64,000 nt of DNA from Candidatus Moraniibacteriota bacterium (GCA_035325685.1 DAOKZJ010000001.1:160-64159), one strand, 5' to 3'; shown: positions 1-9,371, numbered from the stretch's first letter. The notes: generated from the sequence alone by a model not told the origin. Numbers and translations are program-made.

Positions 1-803
1 CCATCGCCTATTTTGGCATTCGTTACCGCTCCGTCTTGGATTTTGAGCGTCGCCACGCTGCCGTCGGCCAATTTGATTTGGGTTACCGCGCCGTCGGCGA
101 TTTTTCCTTGCGTGATTGCTCCGTCCACAATATGCGCGGTCATTATCGCCCCATCCGCGATTTTTATAGCCGTAATTGCCCCGTCTTGGATTTTGGCCCC
201 GTTTATTCCCAAGTCGGCTATGTCTTGTGCGGTTATGGTTCCATCGGCAATCTTTGCCCCATTTACCGCTCCATCCGCAATTTCAGCGTTACCCACGGCA
301 CCGTCCGCGATAGCCGCACTGCCGACGCTGTCTGTATCCAATTTTGCTGCCGTAATCGCTCCGTCTTGGATTTTGGCACTCGTTACCGCGCCATCGGCAA
401 GCTTTACGCTTACAACCGCCCCATCCGCGATTTTACCGCTCGTTACCGAGCCCTCCAGGATCTGCACCGGCACCAAAACACCCGGTGCTAACTTGGCTGC
501 GGTGATAGCGCCGTCGCGAATATCGCGCGTGCGTATCTTTCCCTTCAAATCCAGCTTCTTGTAACTTATGTTGGCGCTGCTTGAAATGTCCTTGTCTTTT
601 ATTTTGCGCGAGACGACCTGGAAATATTCCTTGCCATCCTCATAAAGCACTTTTACGATGCGGTTACGTGCTTCGGCCTGGAAGAAAACGACTCCGAAAG
701 ACAAAAAAACCACGGCAAAAAATACCGCGGCCCCTTTTGTTGAAAGTCGCTTCTTCCACACACCACACGTTTCTCCCGCAGCAATCCTTGGCTGCTTGCC
801 CAT
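1..803 (-). CDS. Membrane-anchored tandem-repeat protein, partial (C-terminus lies beyond the window start)
   Basis: My own minus-strand translation from the ATG at 803 gives MGKQPRIAAGETCGVWKKRLSTKGAAVFFAVVFLSFGVVFF..., i.e. an N-terminal TM helix. More than 25 tandem 11-residue repeats of the form K-I-x-D-G-A-[IV]-T-x-x-x follow (e.g. SGKIADGAVVSVKLADGAVTSAKIQDGAITAAKL). The 33-nt periodicity is visible in the DNA from 13 to 560. The plus-strand track ORFs 13..564 and 36..491 are the antisense shadow. Confidence 0.6.
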   Translation of the reverse strand, partial: MGKQPRIAAGETCGVWKKRLSTKGAAVFFAVVFLSFGVVFFQAEARNRIVKVLYEDGKEYFQVVSRKIKDKDISSSANISYKKLDLKGKIRTRDIRDGAITAAKLAPGVLVPVQILEGSVTSGKIADGAVVSVKLADGAVTSAKIQDGAITAAKLDTDSVGSAAIADGAVGNAEIADGAVNGAKIADGTITAQDIADLGINGAKIQDGAITAIKIADGAIMTAHIVDGAITQGKIADGAVTQIKLADGSVATLKIQDGAVTNAKIGD

Positions 804-875
804 ACGTGTATGGATAACTACTGTTTATGACGAAACAGCATAGTCTACACTATCGCTTCGTTTTTGTCAATGACG

Positions 876-1967
876 TCAAACTCCTTCCTGCCCCAGCTCC
901 TTGATGAGCCGCTCCTGTGTGCGGGTAAGTTTTTTGGGTATGTCCACCACCACTTTCACTATTTGATCTCCCCGCCCGGAGCGCCCCAAGTGAGGAATGC
1001 CCCTGCCCTTGATGCGAAACAGTTCTCCGGATTGCGTTCCGGAAGGTATTTTCATAGTCACATCTCCATCCACTGTTTCCACTTTTATTTTATCTCCGAG
1101 CGCGGCCTGGGAAAAACCGACATGCTCCGTCGACAAAATATCATCACGCTCCCGTACGAAGCGCGCATGAGACGCAACGTGCACTGTCACGTAAAGATCG
1201 CCGCTGCGCGCACCTCTTTCGCCTGCTTCGCCCTGTCCGGCAAGGGAAATCGTTTGTCCATCCGCTATTCCGGCGGGTATTTCAATGCGCACATCTTCTT
1301 CGGTCTGAACCCGGCCGTCGCCACCGCACTCGCCGCATTTTTTTTCATAATATTTCCCGCTTCCATGGCATTCTGGACAAATAACCACCTGCTCGATAGT
1401 TCCCAGAAAACTTTGCACGCTTTTGCGCACCTGTCCAACTCCTCCGCAAGTGGGGCATTTCTGTTCTTTACTGCCCTCTTCGCCACCTGTTCCGGAACAT
1501 TTTTTGCAAACCGACCTTCTGCGCAATTTAACCAGACGTTCGGCACCATGCACCATTTCTTCAAACGTTATTTCCACGTCCACTTGGATATTCCGCCCGC
1601 TACGCGATCGTGCGGAAGCGCGACCGCCGAAACCGCCGCCGAAAATATCTTCGAAAATATCCCCAAAGCCGCCGCCGAAATCAAAACCTCCTGCGCCACC
1701 AAAGCCGCCGAAATCAAACCCGCTAAATCCCGCGCTGCCCGCACCGCCCCCGCCCTGCTCGAACGTGCGTCCAAATTGGTCGTATTGGCTTCTTTTGGTT
1801 TTGTCCGAAAGAACCTGGTAAGCTTCGTTTATTTCCTTGAATTTTTCACTGTCGCCTCCGGCTTTGTCCGGGTGGTATTTGTGTGCAAGCTTGCGGAATG
1901 CCTTTTTTATCTCATCGTCGCTGGCTTCCTTGCCTACACCCAATATGTCATAATAATTCTTTGCCAT
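876..1967 (-). CDS. dnaJ: Chaperone DnaJ (Hsp40)
   Basis: J-domain (YYDILGV...KKAFRKLAHKYHPDK), G/F-rich linker and four CxxCxGxG zinc-finger repeats. Start taken at MAKNYYD (ATG at 1967), not the upstream in-frame Met. Confidence 0.95.
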   Translation of the reverse strand: MAKNYYDILGVGKEASDDEIKKAFRKLAHKYHPDKAGGDSEKFKEINEAYQVLSDKTKRSQYDQFGRTFEQGGGGAGSAGFSGFDFGGFGGAGGFDFGGGFGDIFEDIFGGGFGGRASARSRSGRNIQVDVEITFEEMVHGAERLVKLRRRSVCKKCSGTGGEEGSKEQKCPTCGGVGQVRKSVQSFLGTIEQVVICPECHGSGKYYEKKCGECGGDGRVQTEEDVRIEIPAGIADGQTISLAGQGEAGERGARSGDLYVTVHVASHARFVRERDDILSTEHVGFSQAALGDKIKVETVDGDVTMKIPSGTQSGELFRIKGRGIPHLGRSGRGDQIVKVVVDIPKKLTRTQERLIKELGQEGV

Positions 1968-2031
1968 ATCCTCATAAAATCTTATTCTTGACCGAAGGAA
2001 TTTTAGCACGCCCTGAAACTGTTAGCAATCC

Positions 2032-2058
2032 CTCTTTGCGAGTGCTAAATCTAGTACG
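2032..2058. promoter_or_regulatory. CIRCE-like inverted repeat (HrcA operator) upstream of dnaJ
   Basis: TTAGCAATC-N9-GAGTGCTAA against consensus TTAGCACTC-N9-GAGTGCTAA. It lies 65 nt upstream of the dnaJ start. Confidence 0.7.
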
Positions 2059-2059
2059 A

Positions 2060-3121
2060 TTAACCTTGAATTATCCTTTCGCGTTCCACCGTTATTCTTT
2101 CCGTTCCGACCAAGCCAAAACGCGCCAAAACTTTAAAAACAGGATCCGCCACCCAGACCACTATTCCCGAAAGAAAAGATCCCAGTGGCAAAATAGTGAG
2201 CAAAAGAAGTGTCGCCAAGAGCAAGGGAAAAGCATTCACCTTCTGATCCGGCATGGTATCCGGAGCCAAATATTCGGCGATACGCTTGTTTATAATCAAG
2301 GTAAATATCTGCGAGACAGACTCGCTCCCTTGCAGCTCCCTTCCAGCCAAAATACCTAGCTGCCTCCTTCCCTCCGCCAAAAGAAGCGCTTGCTGCTGAG
2401 CCATTATCCTTTGGGAAAATTCCTGCGTTTTTTCCCGGGTCTCTCTTTTTGCTACCTGGCGCTGCTCCGGGGTCAATTCCGTGGGAAGATTGTCTTCAAT
2501 CAGCTGTTCCGTTTGCAAATCCATCTCTGTCGGCAAATTTTCCTGCTGGGAACTAAGGATGAATTCATCCACTGTCGCATCTTTTCGAGCCAGGGAAGAA
2601 AATTGCGGACTTACGAAAGCCAGCGCTTTGCCCAGATAATGAGCGCCGCGCGAACCCACTTGGATGCGCGGCATCGCTTTTTCTCCACTACTAGTGGAAA
2701 TGAGTGCGTAATATTGCACTGCCACCATTAGCGCAAGCGCCAAAACCACCAAAGCTTTTCCCGTACGCAAAGATTTGGCCAAATTTATGCGGATATTGAG
2801 ATCCAAATCCGTCCGGATGCGCCTGGCGCCAGCTGCAATAAGAGCTGTGGCCAAAAAGGCCGCCAGCGCCACCTCTTTAGAAGGGGAAAAAAGGAGCGCC
2901 CCGAAACAAACCGCGGCCGCAGCTATTTCCGCAAGCATGAAATCGCGGCACAGAAAGATCGCAAAAGAAAGCAAAAAGAAGACCAACAGAAACCAAAGTG
3001 CCGGCACTGTCCACGTGCTGGCTCCGACGTCAACCGCCGCCCTTTGCACGCTGTGCCAAAATCCCAGCGCCGCAAGCGGCGCAGCCACGGCCAAATAATT
3101 GGCCCATTTATTTTTACGCAT
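2060..3121 (-). CDS. Hypothetical membrane protein
   Basis: 353-aa ORF with N-terminal and C-terminal hydrophobic helices and a central Q/E-rich region. No family recognised. Confidence 0.55.
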   Translation of the reverse strand: MRKNKWANYLAVAAPLAALGFWHSVQRAAVDVGASTWTVPALWFLLVFFLLSFAIFLCRDFMLAEIAAAAVCFGALLFSPSKEVALAAFLATALIAAGARRIRTDLDLNIRINLAKSLRTGKALVVLALALMVAVQYYALISTSSGEKAMPRIQVGSRGAHYLGKALAFVSPQFSSLARKDATVDEFILSSQQENLPTEMDLQTEQLIEDNLPTELTPEQRQVAKRETREKTQEFSQRIMAQQQALLLAEGRRQLGILAGRELQGSESVSQIFTLIINKRIAEYLAPDTMPDQKVNAFPLLLATLLLLTILPLGSFLSGIVVWVADPVFKVLARFGLVGTERITVERERIIQG

Positions 3122-3566
3122 GCTTCCATCTTACCATCGATCCGCCGATAAAAAAACGGGGCAGCCTTTTGGCTACCCCCGGGGAACCGTGGATGCTCAC
3201 TGAGAGCAGATGGGATCCGGGCAATCCCCGCCGTGGATCGGACATCCCTCCTCCTTCCCCCTTCCTCCGCAAAGAGGGGTGCCCGGAGAAGTTTTGGGAC
3301 CATCCACCTTGCACCTCCCCATTTCGGGAGTCACGATTCCAACTCCCACGTCCACCGTTACTTTTTTTTCCCCACTCATACGGCTCCTCCCGCCCAATCT
3401 TCTGGCGCTTCTTTTTGGCGCGGTCTTTGCCGCGCTTAGCTGTCCTTTTCTTATCTCTTTTTTCAATATTTGTCAACACTCTTGCCTAATTTGAGATTTT
3501 CCTTATACTGCCTTAGGATGAATATCCGGCTGTTTTTTAAAATAACCTAAGTGCCAGGAGGAAAAG

Positions 3567-4091
3567 ATGGACCAAAAATCGACACCCAAAAAAGAAAATT
3601 TTTCGGAGTTGGTGGAACATTTCCGCGCCATGTACGAGCAGCTTCGCGATCTCCAAAAAGTTGAACAGCAAAAACATCTTCCTTCGGGAGAAACCACTTT
3701 GGAAGCGCTGGCGCTGCTTTGGAGGAAAACGTTCTCTCCCTTACTGCCCGTTTGCAATATCTGCTTCGTGCTCGAAGAAATCCAGCTCCGTCTCCGCAAA
3801 ATGCATCGCTTCATTTTGTCCTTGAATATCTGTTTGCACTCCGGCAAGGAAAATATTCCCACCCTTTCCCAAATAGAAGCTTCTCTTATCTCTCTTGGAG
3901 AAATAAGAACTCTTACGCGCGAAATCATATCCCTAAGCGACAAGGAACGCATCTTCGATCACACCTGGGAAGAAGCCGTGCGACTACGCCGCACACTCAC
4001 AAGGCTGGAGGCTTCACTTGCAAAGAAGCGCTCCGAAATGCTCAGCACAACAAGCCGGCATGAACTGAGTCACGATTGTCCGACCCAATGA
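3567..4091 (+). CDS. Hypothetical protein (174 aa)
   Basis: Strong SD (caGGAGGaaaag-ATG). First gene of a plus-strand run of small ORFs. No recognisable domain. Confidence 0.55.
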   Translation: MDQKSTPKKENFSELVEHFRAMYEQLRDLQKVEQQKHLPSGETTLEALALLWRKTFSPLLPVCNICFVLEEIQLRLRKMHRFILSLNICLHSGKENIPTLSQIEASLISLGEIRTLTREIISLSDKERIFDHTWEEAVRLRRTLTRLEASLAKKRSEMLSTTSRHELSHDCPTQ

Positions 4092-4108
4092 GTAAGGAGG
4101 GATGCAAA

Positions 4109-4450
4109 ATGGAGGTCATCATTTTCACTGCGGTTCTCTTTTGGGGAGCAAAAATCTGCGGCAAGCTTTACCTTTACGCCTCAACCAAAGCGACCAGCAC
4201 CGCTTGCCATCTCGAAAGATGCTCTTGGCTGCTGGGTGCTGCCAATTTTGCCTTGAGCGTTTTTGTTTTGTGCGCCTTGGGCACGCTTTTCCTTTTCGAA
4301 ATAGGCAAAGCCGCGTTCGGTTCATATCAAGAAAAGACGTGGCTTTTCAATTCCGCTTGGATTTGCGTTTCCTTGCTTTTCTCCCGCGGAATGCTTCCCC
4401 CAAAAACATCAATGCCCCCGGAGGAAAGCAATGACCTTGTCGGAACGTGA
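4109..4450 (+). CDS. Small hypothetical membrane protein (~113 aa)
   Basis: SD AAGGAGGG lies 7 nt before the internal ATG (MEVIIFTAVLF...). Two or three predicted TM helices. Confidence 0.5.
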   Translation: MEVIIFTAVLFWGAKICGKLYLYASTKATSTACHLERCSWLLGAANFALSVFVLCALGTLFLFEIGKAAFGSYQEKTWLFNSAWICVSLLFSRGMLPPKTSMPPEESNDLVGT

Positions 4451-4769
4451 CATAAAGGCCTTGGGACACCTGTTTAGCATCAAGGATCAGCGCCATGCGG
4501 AACTTTTGCTCCAAAGGCGCCTCCGCCGGGACGGTTTTCTTTTCGCGCGCATTGCCGTTTCTTACCCAGGCTTGCGCAAAAAGGCGATTCGGCGCATTTG
4601 CGGCCTTAAGGATTGCCGCGCGGATTCCCTGCGCTTCGTCTTGGAGCGTTCTTTGGCTGAAAGAAAGGAACAATGCAAGCTTGCCAAACTCTTGCTGCGC
4701 CTTGACTCGCGCAAAGATACCGCAGAGTTTGTGCGGCGCTGCTTGGTCCAAAACAAAGCCGGATCGTAA
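4431..4769 (+). CDS. Hypothetical protein (112 aa)
   Basis: SD GGAGGaaagca-ATG. Overlaps the upstream gene by 20 nt. A terminator follows. Confidence 0.5.
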   Translation: MTLSERDIKALGHLFSIKDQRHAELLLQRRLRRDGFLFARIAVSYPGLRKKAIRRICGLKDCRADSLRFVLERSLAERKEQCKLAKLLLRLDSRKDTAEFVRRCLVQNKAGS

Positions 4770-4794
4770 TTATCGATCCGGCTTTTCTTTTTTA
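4756..4794 (+). terminator. Rho-independent terminator
   Basis: Hairpin gccggatcg/cgatccggc followed by a T-run (ttttcttttttatt). Confidence 0.7.
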
Positions 4795-5204
4795 TTGCTT
4801 TCTTTTTCGCTCAGACGTCTTTTTTGCCCGATTTTTTTGGGCAAGTGCGGCCAAGATAAGCAAAAAAACAATGAGTCTGGTCTTTCCGACCTTGAGTCCT
4901 TCCGAGCTGAAGCAACCCATCCTTTGTACATCCTTCTCTAATAAAAAATCCGAAACCCTGGGTATTTCTACTACTCTGTATCTGACACCCTTCACGATCC
5001 TCTCCTCGCCTCCGGCTCCCTCTTTTTTCTTCAAAGAATCCCTCATGGCCTCCTCCTTTTTGACCAATCGAAACAGTTGTCAATATACTTTTTTGATTTT
5101 CCATGATAAATCAAAAAAACCTCTCCGTCAACTCTCTTGACTGCTTTTGGTTTTGACGCTTCAATTGTCAAAGAGTCCTTTTATAAAAATCCAAGGAGGT
5201 CCCT

Positions 5205-5621
5205 ATGGAATATGAAAATTTATACAACCGCATTCCCCAGCGCCAGGCGGCCGCAGAAAATGAGGCGTCTATCGTAATTGAGCTGCAAAAAATGCTTCTG
5301 GATCTCTGGGATGTTTTTTTCTTTTCCCAGGAAATACTCGTTCTTCCCCAAATAGCCAGCGGAACCAAAAGACACATCGTCGCTATCCAGGAAAAAATCA
5401 TGACTCACATTATGAACTTCGGTTACGCCTTAAGCTCCGCTCCTTTGCCGCAACTGGAAAAGGAAGAAGACTTGCTTTGTACCAAGATAGACTCGGTCAT
5501 CGATGAATTGAGTTTCTTTCTGGATGAATTGGAGGCTGCCTGGATGCTATTGGAACCGGATAGGCCCCTGCGAAGATTGCCCAGCGGCAAAATACAATTT
5601 CACAAAACCAGCGAGTGTTGA
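5205..5621 (+). CDS. Hypothetical protein (138 aa)
   Basis: SD AAGGAGGtcccT-ATG. No recognisable domain. Confidence 0.5.
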   Translation: MEYENLYNRIPQRQAAAENEASIVIELQKMLLDLWDVFFFSQEILVLPQIASGTKRHIVAIQEKIMTHIMNFGYALSSAPLPQLEKEEDLLCTKIDSVIDELSFFLDELEAAWMLLEPDRPLRRLPSGKIQFHKTSEC

Positions 5622-5630
5622 AAAAAAGGG

Positions 5631-5909
5631 ATGGATATAAGAGAAGCTCTCGCTCAAGTCTTAGATATCCTGTGTACAAAAATTGGGATATATTCTCCGC
5701 TAAAAAAAGCCCTCAACCTGGAATTTATCAATCGCTTATCTGTCCTGATAATGCTTTTGGTGGACGGCCGGTTTTCTTTACGCCTGCTTTTGATTTCCGA
5801 CTGCCTGCGCCGCAACAAGCATGAATGTGAACTCAGCCGCAAAGCGATCCGCTTTTTGCTTCCGACATACCGCTTACCGACATACCGTACGAGCTGGCCA
5901 GACGAGTAA
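5631..5909 (+). CDS. Hypothetical protein (92 aa)
   Basis: ORF 10 nt after the previous stop; only a weak SD (aaaaaaaggg-ATG). Called mainly from its co-orientation and spacing. Confidence 0.35.
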   Translation: MDIREALAQVLDILCTKIGIYSPLKKALNLEFINRLSVLIMLLVDGRFSLRLLLISDCLRRNKHECELSRKAIRFLLPTYRLPTYRTSWPDE

Positions 5910-6061
5910 AGTCCAGGCATGTTTTTAACCGCAAAAAGAAAGCTTTCGTACCTCGCGCGCTTCCCAGCGCCTACGCCCTTCGCCGAATGTTTGACCCTCC
6001 TAAATTATGAATTACTGCCCCCCAGCCATCCGCTGCCGGGGCTTTTTCTTTTTCCCCAACG

Positions 6062-6108
6062 CCCCACCCAAAAGCGAAGCTTTTGGGTAATGGCTCAAAT
6101 AAGGCAAA
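6062..6108. repeat. 47-bp direct repeat, copy 1, containing a GCGAAGC mini-hairpin
   Basis: ccccacccaaaagcgaagcttttgggtaatggctcaaataaggcaaa occurs again at 6765..6811. It carries a perfect hairpin cccaaaagc-GAA-gcttttggg; a third, partial hairpin is at 6112-6140. Confidence 0.85.
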
Positions 6109-6151
6109 TTCCTAAAGCGAAGCTTTTGGAGAAGCTTTAGAGCAAAAAATA

Positions 6152-6190
6152 AAGGCCGGATTATAAATTTAATCCGGCCTTTTCTTTTTT
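6152..6190. terminator. Bidirectional rho-independent terminator
   Basis: aaggccggatt-ataaa-ttaatccggcctt with an A-run before and a T-run after. Could terminate the plus-strand small-ORF run and the minus-strand gene 6621..6247. Confidence 0.75.
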
Positions 6191-6246
6191 TGCATGAGCA
6201 CCTGCTTCAATTAATTTCTGGAAATCATTTTGAAAATAAATCCCCG

Positions 6247-6621
6247 CTAGCTCCTCCTCTCCTCAGTCCGATAATTCTCCCAAAAGACATCCATAAAAGA
6301 AATAGCCTTTAGCAATTTTTCCGTCAAGCAAGAGGCATTTGCCATTACCGCCCCATTTATCCTGAAGCGCCTTTTATTCATGGAAACTCCCTGTCCATAC
6401 TCAGATAGAAAATAATCCTCTCCGTCCGGACCCTTGAAAATGAGGTTTATTTCGGAAGGACGGCCCAGATATTTTTGAGCCAGCCAAATGCGCAAAAAAT
6501 GACAATAAGCTTCGCGCAATGAACGCATGGGATTATTTGCATTCAACTTGAAATGGACTTCCAAAGCGAGCTTGCGATCCGCCAAAATAGCACAGCAATA
6601 ACTTCCGTGGCCGATTCCCAT
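6247..6621 (-). CDS. Hypothetical protein (124 aa), possibly a small nuclease-like protein
   Basis: Strong SD (aagaaGGGGGGAtttATG). Only a faint resemblance to small PD-(D/E)xK/YraN-like proteins (EINLIFKGPDGEDYFLSEYG). The gene lies between the two 47-bp direct repeats. Confidence 0.45.
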   Translation of the reverse strand: MGIGHGSYCCAILADRKLALEVHFKLNANNPMRSLREAYCHFLRIWLAQKYLGRPSEINLIFKGPDGEDYFLSEYGQGVSMNKRRFRINGAVMANASCLTEKLLKAISFMDVFWENYRTEERRS

Positions 6622-6764
6622 AAATCCCCCCTTCTTATAAAGTGAAGTGCTCTTATTTTAAAAAACTTCGTCTTAAATCCAAATATTCCTATCCCATCCT
6701 ACACCCGAAAAAAACATATGCAAAGTATCCCTCCTCCCAAAAAAATCCCCATTAATCCCAAAAA

Positions 6765-6811
6765 CCCCACCCAAAAGCGAAGCTTTTGGGTAATGGCTCA
6801 AATAAGGCAAA
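6765..6811. repeat. 47-bp direct repeat, copy 2
   Basis: Identical to 6062..6108. Confidence 0.85.
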
Positions 6812-6894
6812 AAACTCTTGGGGAAAGGGCAAAAAAGAACCTTTGCGCCATACTCCAAGGGGGTTGTTTTTTAAGTCATCCGGAAACATTCACT

Positions 6895-6925
6895 TAAAGA
6901 GCGGGGTTCAATCCCCGCTCTTTTT
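6895..6925. terminator. Hairpin / terminator at the dnaK 3' end
   Basis: agagcgggg-ttcaat-ccccgctct with a T-run on the plus side and an A-run before. It lies directly after the dnaK stop. Confidence 0.5.
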
Positions 6926-6930
6926 TCAAA

Positions 6931-8832
6931 CTATTTTTTATCGCCGTTTTCTACTTCCGCGTCTTTCACCTCACCTTCGTCTTTTTTCTCTTCGCTGCCT
7001 TCAGCGCCGGCTTGTGTGCCTTCGGCGGCTTGCGTGGCGGCATAAAGCTTCTCGCCGATCTTTTGCGCCGCTTGGGAAAGCACTTCGGTCTTGGCCTTGA
7101 TCTGCTCCAGGTCGTCGCCGTTTTTCACCTTGTTGAGCTCCTCGATCGCCTCCTTAACGGGCTTGGCTTCTTCTTCACTCACTTTGTCGCCCGCCTCCTT
7201 AAGCGCTTTTTCCGTGGTGTACACCAACGTGTCGGCCAAGTTGCGCGCTTCCACCAGTTCCTTTTTGCGCTTGTCCTCTTCGGCATGCATCTCGGCATCT
7301 TTTTTCATCTTTTCGATTTCTTCCTTGGAAAGACCGCTGGAGGCTTCAATCTTGATGGATTGCGACTTGCCGGTCGCCTTATCCTTGGCGGTCACGCTCA
7401 ATATCCCGTTTGCGTCGATATCGAAAGTTACTTCGACTTGAGGAACACCGCGAGGAGCGGGAGGAATCCCGTCAAGAATGAACCGTCCCAATGTCTTGTT
7501 CCCGCTCGCCAATTCGCGCTCGCCTTGCAGGACATGGATCTCCACGCTCGGCTGGTTGTCAGCTGCGGTTGAAAATACCTGCGACTTGGCTGTCGGTACG
7601 GTCGTGTTCCTTTCGATAAGCGGAGTGGAAATTCCGCCCATCGTTTCTATTCCGAGTGTCAACGGAGTTACGTCCAACAGTAACACGTCCTTGACGCTTC
7701 CCTCCAAGACTCCGCCCTGGATTGCGGCCCCCAGGGCCACCACTTCGTCCGGATTCACGCTGATATTGGGTTTTTTGCCAAAAAACTTCTCCACTGTCGA
7801 AAGCACTAACGGCATCCTCGTCATTCCACCGACCATCACCACCTCGTTGATATCGGCAGCGCTCAGTTTGGCATCAGCCAAGGCTTTCTTTACCGGCTCC
7901 AAGGTTTTTTCCACCAAATCTCCTACCAATTCTTCCAGTTTGGCTCGCGTGAGCTTCATAACCAGGTGCCTGGGACCCGAAGCATCGCTCGTGATGAACG
8001 GTTGGTTTATTTCCGTTTCTTGCGCGGTCGAAAGTTCGATTTTGGCTTTTTCCGCAGCTTCCTTGATGCGCTGCAGTGCCAGCGGATCCTTGGAAAGATC
8101 AATTCCTTCTGTTTTTTTGAATTCGTCGATGATCCAAGTGATGATCTTTTGGTCAAAGTCATCCCCACCCAAGTGCGTGTCGCCGTTGGTCGACTTTACC
8201 TCCACTGTGTCTCCACCCACTTCCAAGATGGAAATATCGAACGTGCCGCCTCCCAAGTCATATACGGCTATTTTCTCATCGTTTTTCTTGTCGAATCCAT
8301 AAGCCAAAGCAGCCGCCGTCGGCTCATTGATGATGCGGCGCACGTTCAGGCCGGCGATTTCGCCCGCTTCTTTGGTTGCCTTTCTTTGCGAGTCGTCAAA
8401 ATAAGCCGGCACGGTAATGACCGCATCCGTGATCGTCTCGCCCAATTTCTCCTCCGCATCCGCTTTGAGTTTTTGGAGAATCATCGCGGATATCTCCTGC
8501 GGCGTATAATCTTTGTCGCCCATCTGCACCTTGACCGTTTCGCCGGCATGCACAATTTTGTACGGCATGAGCTTTTCGTCACGCTGTACTTCGCTGTCAT
8601 GATAAGCCCGTCCGATCAAGCGCTTGATGGAAAACAAGGTATTGGTCGGATTGGTCACCGCTTGGCGCTTAGCCAAAAGACCCACCAGCCTCTCGTTAGT
8701 TTTAGAAATAGCTACCATTGAAGGTGTGGTACGCGCCCCTTCTTTGTTCTCGATTATCTCGGGTTTTCCTCCCATCACGACGGCCATCGCCGAATTGGTG
8801 GTGCCCAGGTCGATTCCCAAAATCTTGCCCAT
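6931..8832 (-). CDS. dnaK: Chaperone DnaK (Hsp70)
   Basis: [14 protein letters not shown]..., DLGGGTFD, the [11 protein letters not shown] motif, and a 633-aa length with a C-terminal lid domain. Confidence 0.97.
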   Translation of the reverse strand: MGKILGIDLGTTNSAMAVVMGGKPEIIENKEGARTTPSMVAISKTNERLVGLLAKRQAVTNPTNTLFSIKRLIGRAYHDSEVQRDEKLMPYKIVHAGETVKVQMGDKDYTPQEISAMILQKLKADAEEKLGETITDAVITVPAYFDDSQRKATKEAGEIAGLNVRRIINEPTAAALAYGFDKKNDEKIAVYDLGGGTFDISILEVGGDTVEVKSTNGDTHLGGDDFDQKIITWIIDEFKKTEGIDLSKDPLALQRIKEAAEKAKIELSTAQETEINQPFITSDASGPRHLVMKLTRAKLEELVGDLVEKTLEPVKKALADAKLSAADINEVVMVGGMTRMPLVLSTVEKFFGKKPNISVNPDEVVALGAAIQGGVLEGSVKDVLLLDVTPLTLGIETMGGISTPLIERNTTVPTAKSQVFSTAADNQPSVEIHVLQGERELASGNKTLGRFILDGIPPAPRGVPQVEVTFDIDANGILSVTAKDKATGKSQSIKIEASSGLSKEEIEKMKKDAEMHAEEDKRKKELVEARNLADTLVYTTEKALKEAGDKVSEEEAKPVKEAIEELNKVKNGDDLEQIKAKTEVLSQAAQKIGEKLYAATQAAEGTQAGAEGSEEKKDEGEVKDAEVENGDKK

Positions 8833-9044
8833 ATTTTTTGTGAAAAATTCTTAACTTATTAATTATTGCTTTTTTTCCGGGTCATGTGCCCGGCGCGAAA
8901 TTCCCAAAAAAAGAACTTCGCGTCCAACCATGACCATTGACAATTCTCATCTTCCATGCCAGACTTACCGACGGATTGGACAGGTCAACGACCTGCCTTA
9001 GCCCTCGGCATTTTTCCTCCTTTTGCCGGGGGCGCTTTTTTTAT

Positions 9045-9073
9045 TTGACTTTTTTAATTTTATATGATATAAT
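9045..9073 (+). promoter_or_regulatory. Consensus sigma-70 promoter
   Basis: TTGACT, a 17-nt spacer, then TATAAT, about 40 nt upstream of the small ORF at 9117. Confidence 0.6.
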
Positions 9074-9116
9074 AGAAAGAACATCCGTTATTTTACATCA
9101 TCCAAAGGAGGAGATC

Positions 9117-9320
9117 ATGAGTCGCCACATCATCAAGGCCGCCAGTCCGGAAGCGGCCAAAATCCGCCCCATCGACATGTTTACCTTCGCCGCTCCGCTC
9201 ATCCTAAAGCTGGAAAAAAATCCAGCAGACCGAATCTTGAGCGGGGTGTTTGCCGTAAATCCCACTCACGCAACCGAAGAATTCACCCCTTGCGCTTGGT
9301 TTATTGCCAGGCGAAGATAA
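9117..9320 (+). CDS. Small hypothetical protein (67 aa)
   Basis: SD AGGAGGagatc-ATG and a consensus promoter upstream, with a strong terminator downstream. Sequence MSRHIIKAASPEAAKIRPIDMF... Confidence 0.5.
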   Translation: MSRHIIKAASPEAAKIRPIDMFTFAAPLILKLEKNPADRILSGVFAVNPTHATEEFTPCAWFIARRR

Positions 9321-9335
9321 TCTTCTTTTGCTCTG

Positions 9336-9371
9336 CGGGACCGCACATTGCTTGCGGTCCTTTTTTATTTT
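9336..9371 (+). terminator. Rho-independent terminator
   Basis: ggaccgca-cattgct-tgcggtcc followed by ttttttatttt. Confidence 0.75.

Noticed and set aside
13-564. Plus-strand repetitive ORFs (183 aa at 13..564 and 151 aa at 36..491)
   Set aside because: They are the antisense shadow of the minus-strand 11-residue repeat protein. The minus strand has the TM helix, the SD context and a coherent repeat.
864-1991. 375-aa plus-strand ORF
   Set aside because: It is fully antisense to dnaJ and has no domain signal.
3160-3420. GC-rich 400-bp divergent intergenic region with ...CACGATTCCAACTCCCACGTCCACC, checked as a possible tmRNA 3' end
   Set aside because: A canonical T-arm (5-bp stem, 7-nt loop) and acceptor stem cannot be formed, and no 5' GGGG...UCGAC partner was found. 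It is probably just a divergent promoter region.
5919-6140. 73-aa plus-strand ORF
   Set aside because: It runs through the 47-bp repeat and the palindromes, has no SD, and is probably non-coding repeat sequence.
6895-6925. GGGGTTCAATCCCC looks like a tRNA T-arm
   Set aside because: No D-arm, anticodon arm or acceptor pairing can be built upstream. The stem extends to 9 bp (agagcgggg/ccccgctct), so it is a terminator hairpin.
7012-8721. Several long plus-strand ORFs inside dnaK
   Set aside because: They are antisense to dnaK.
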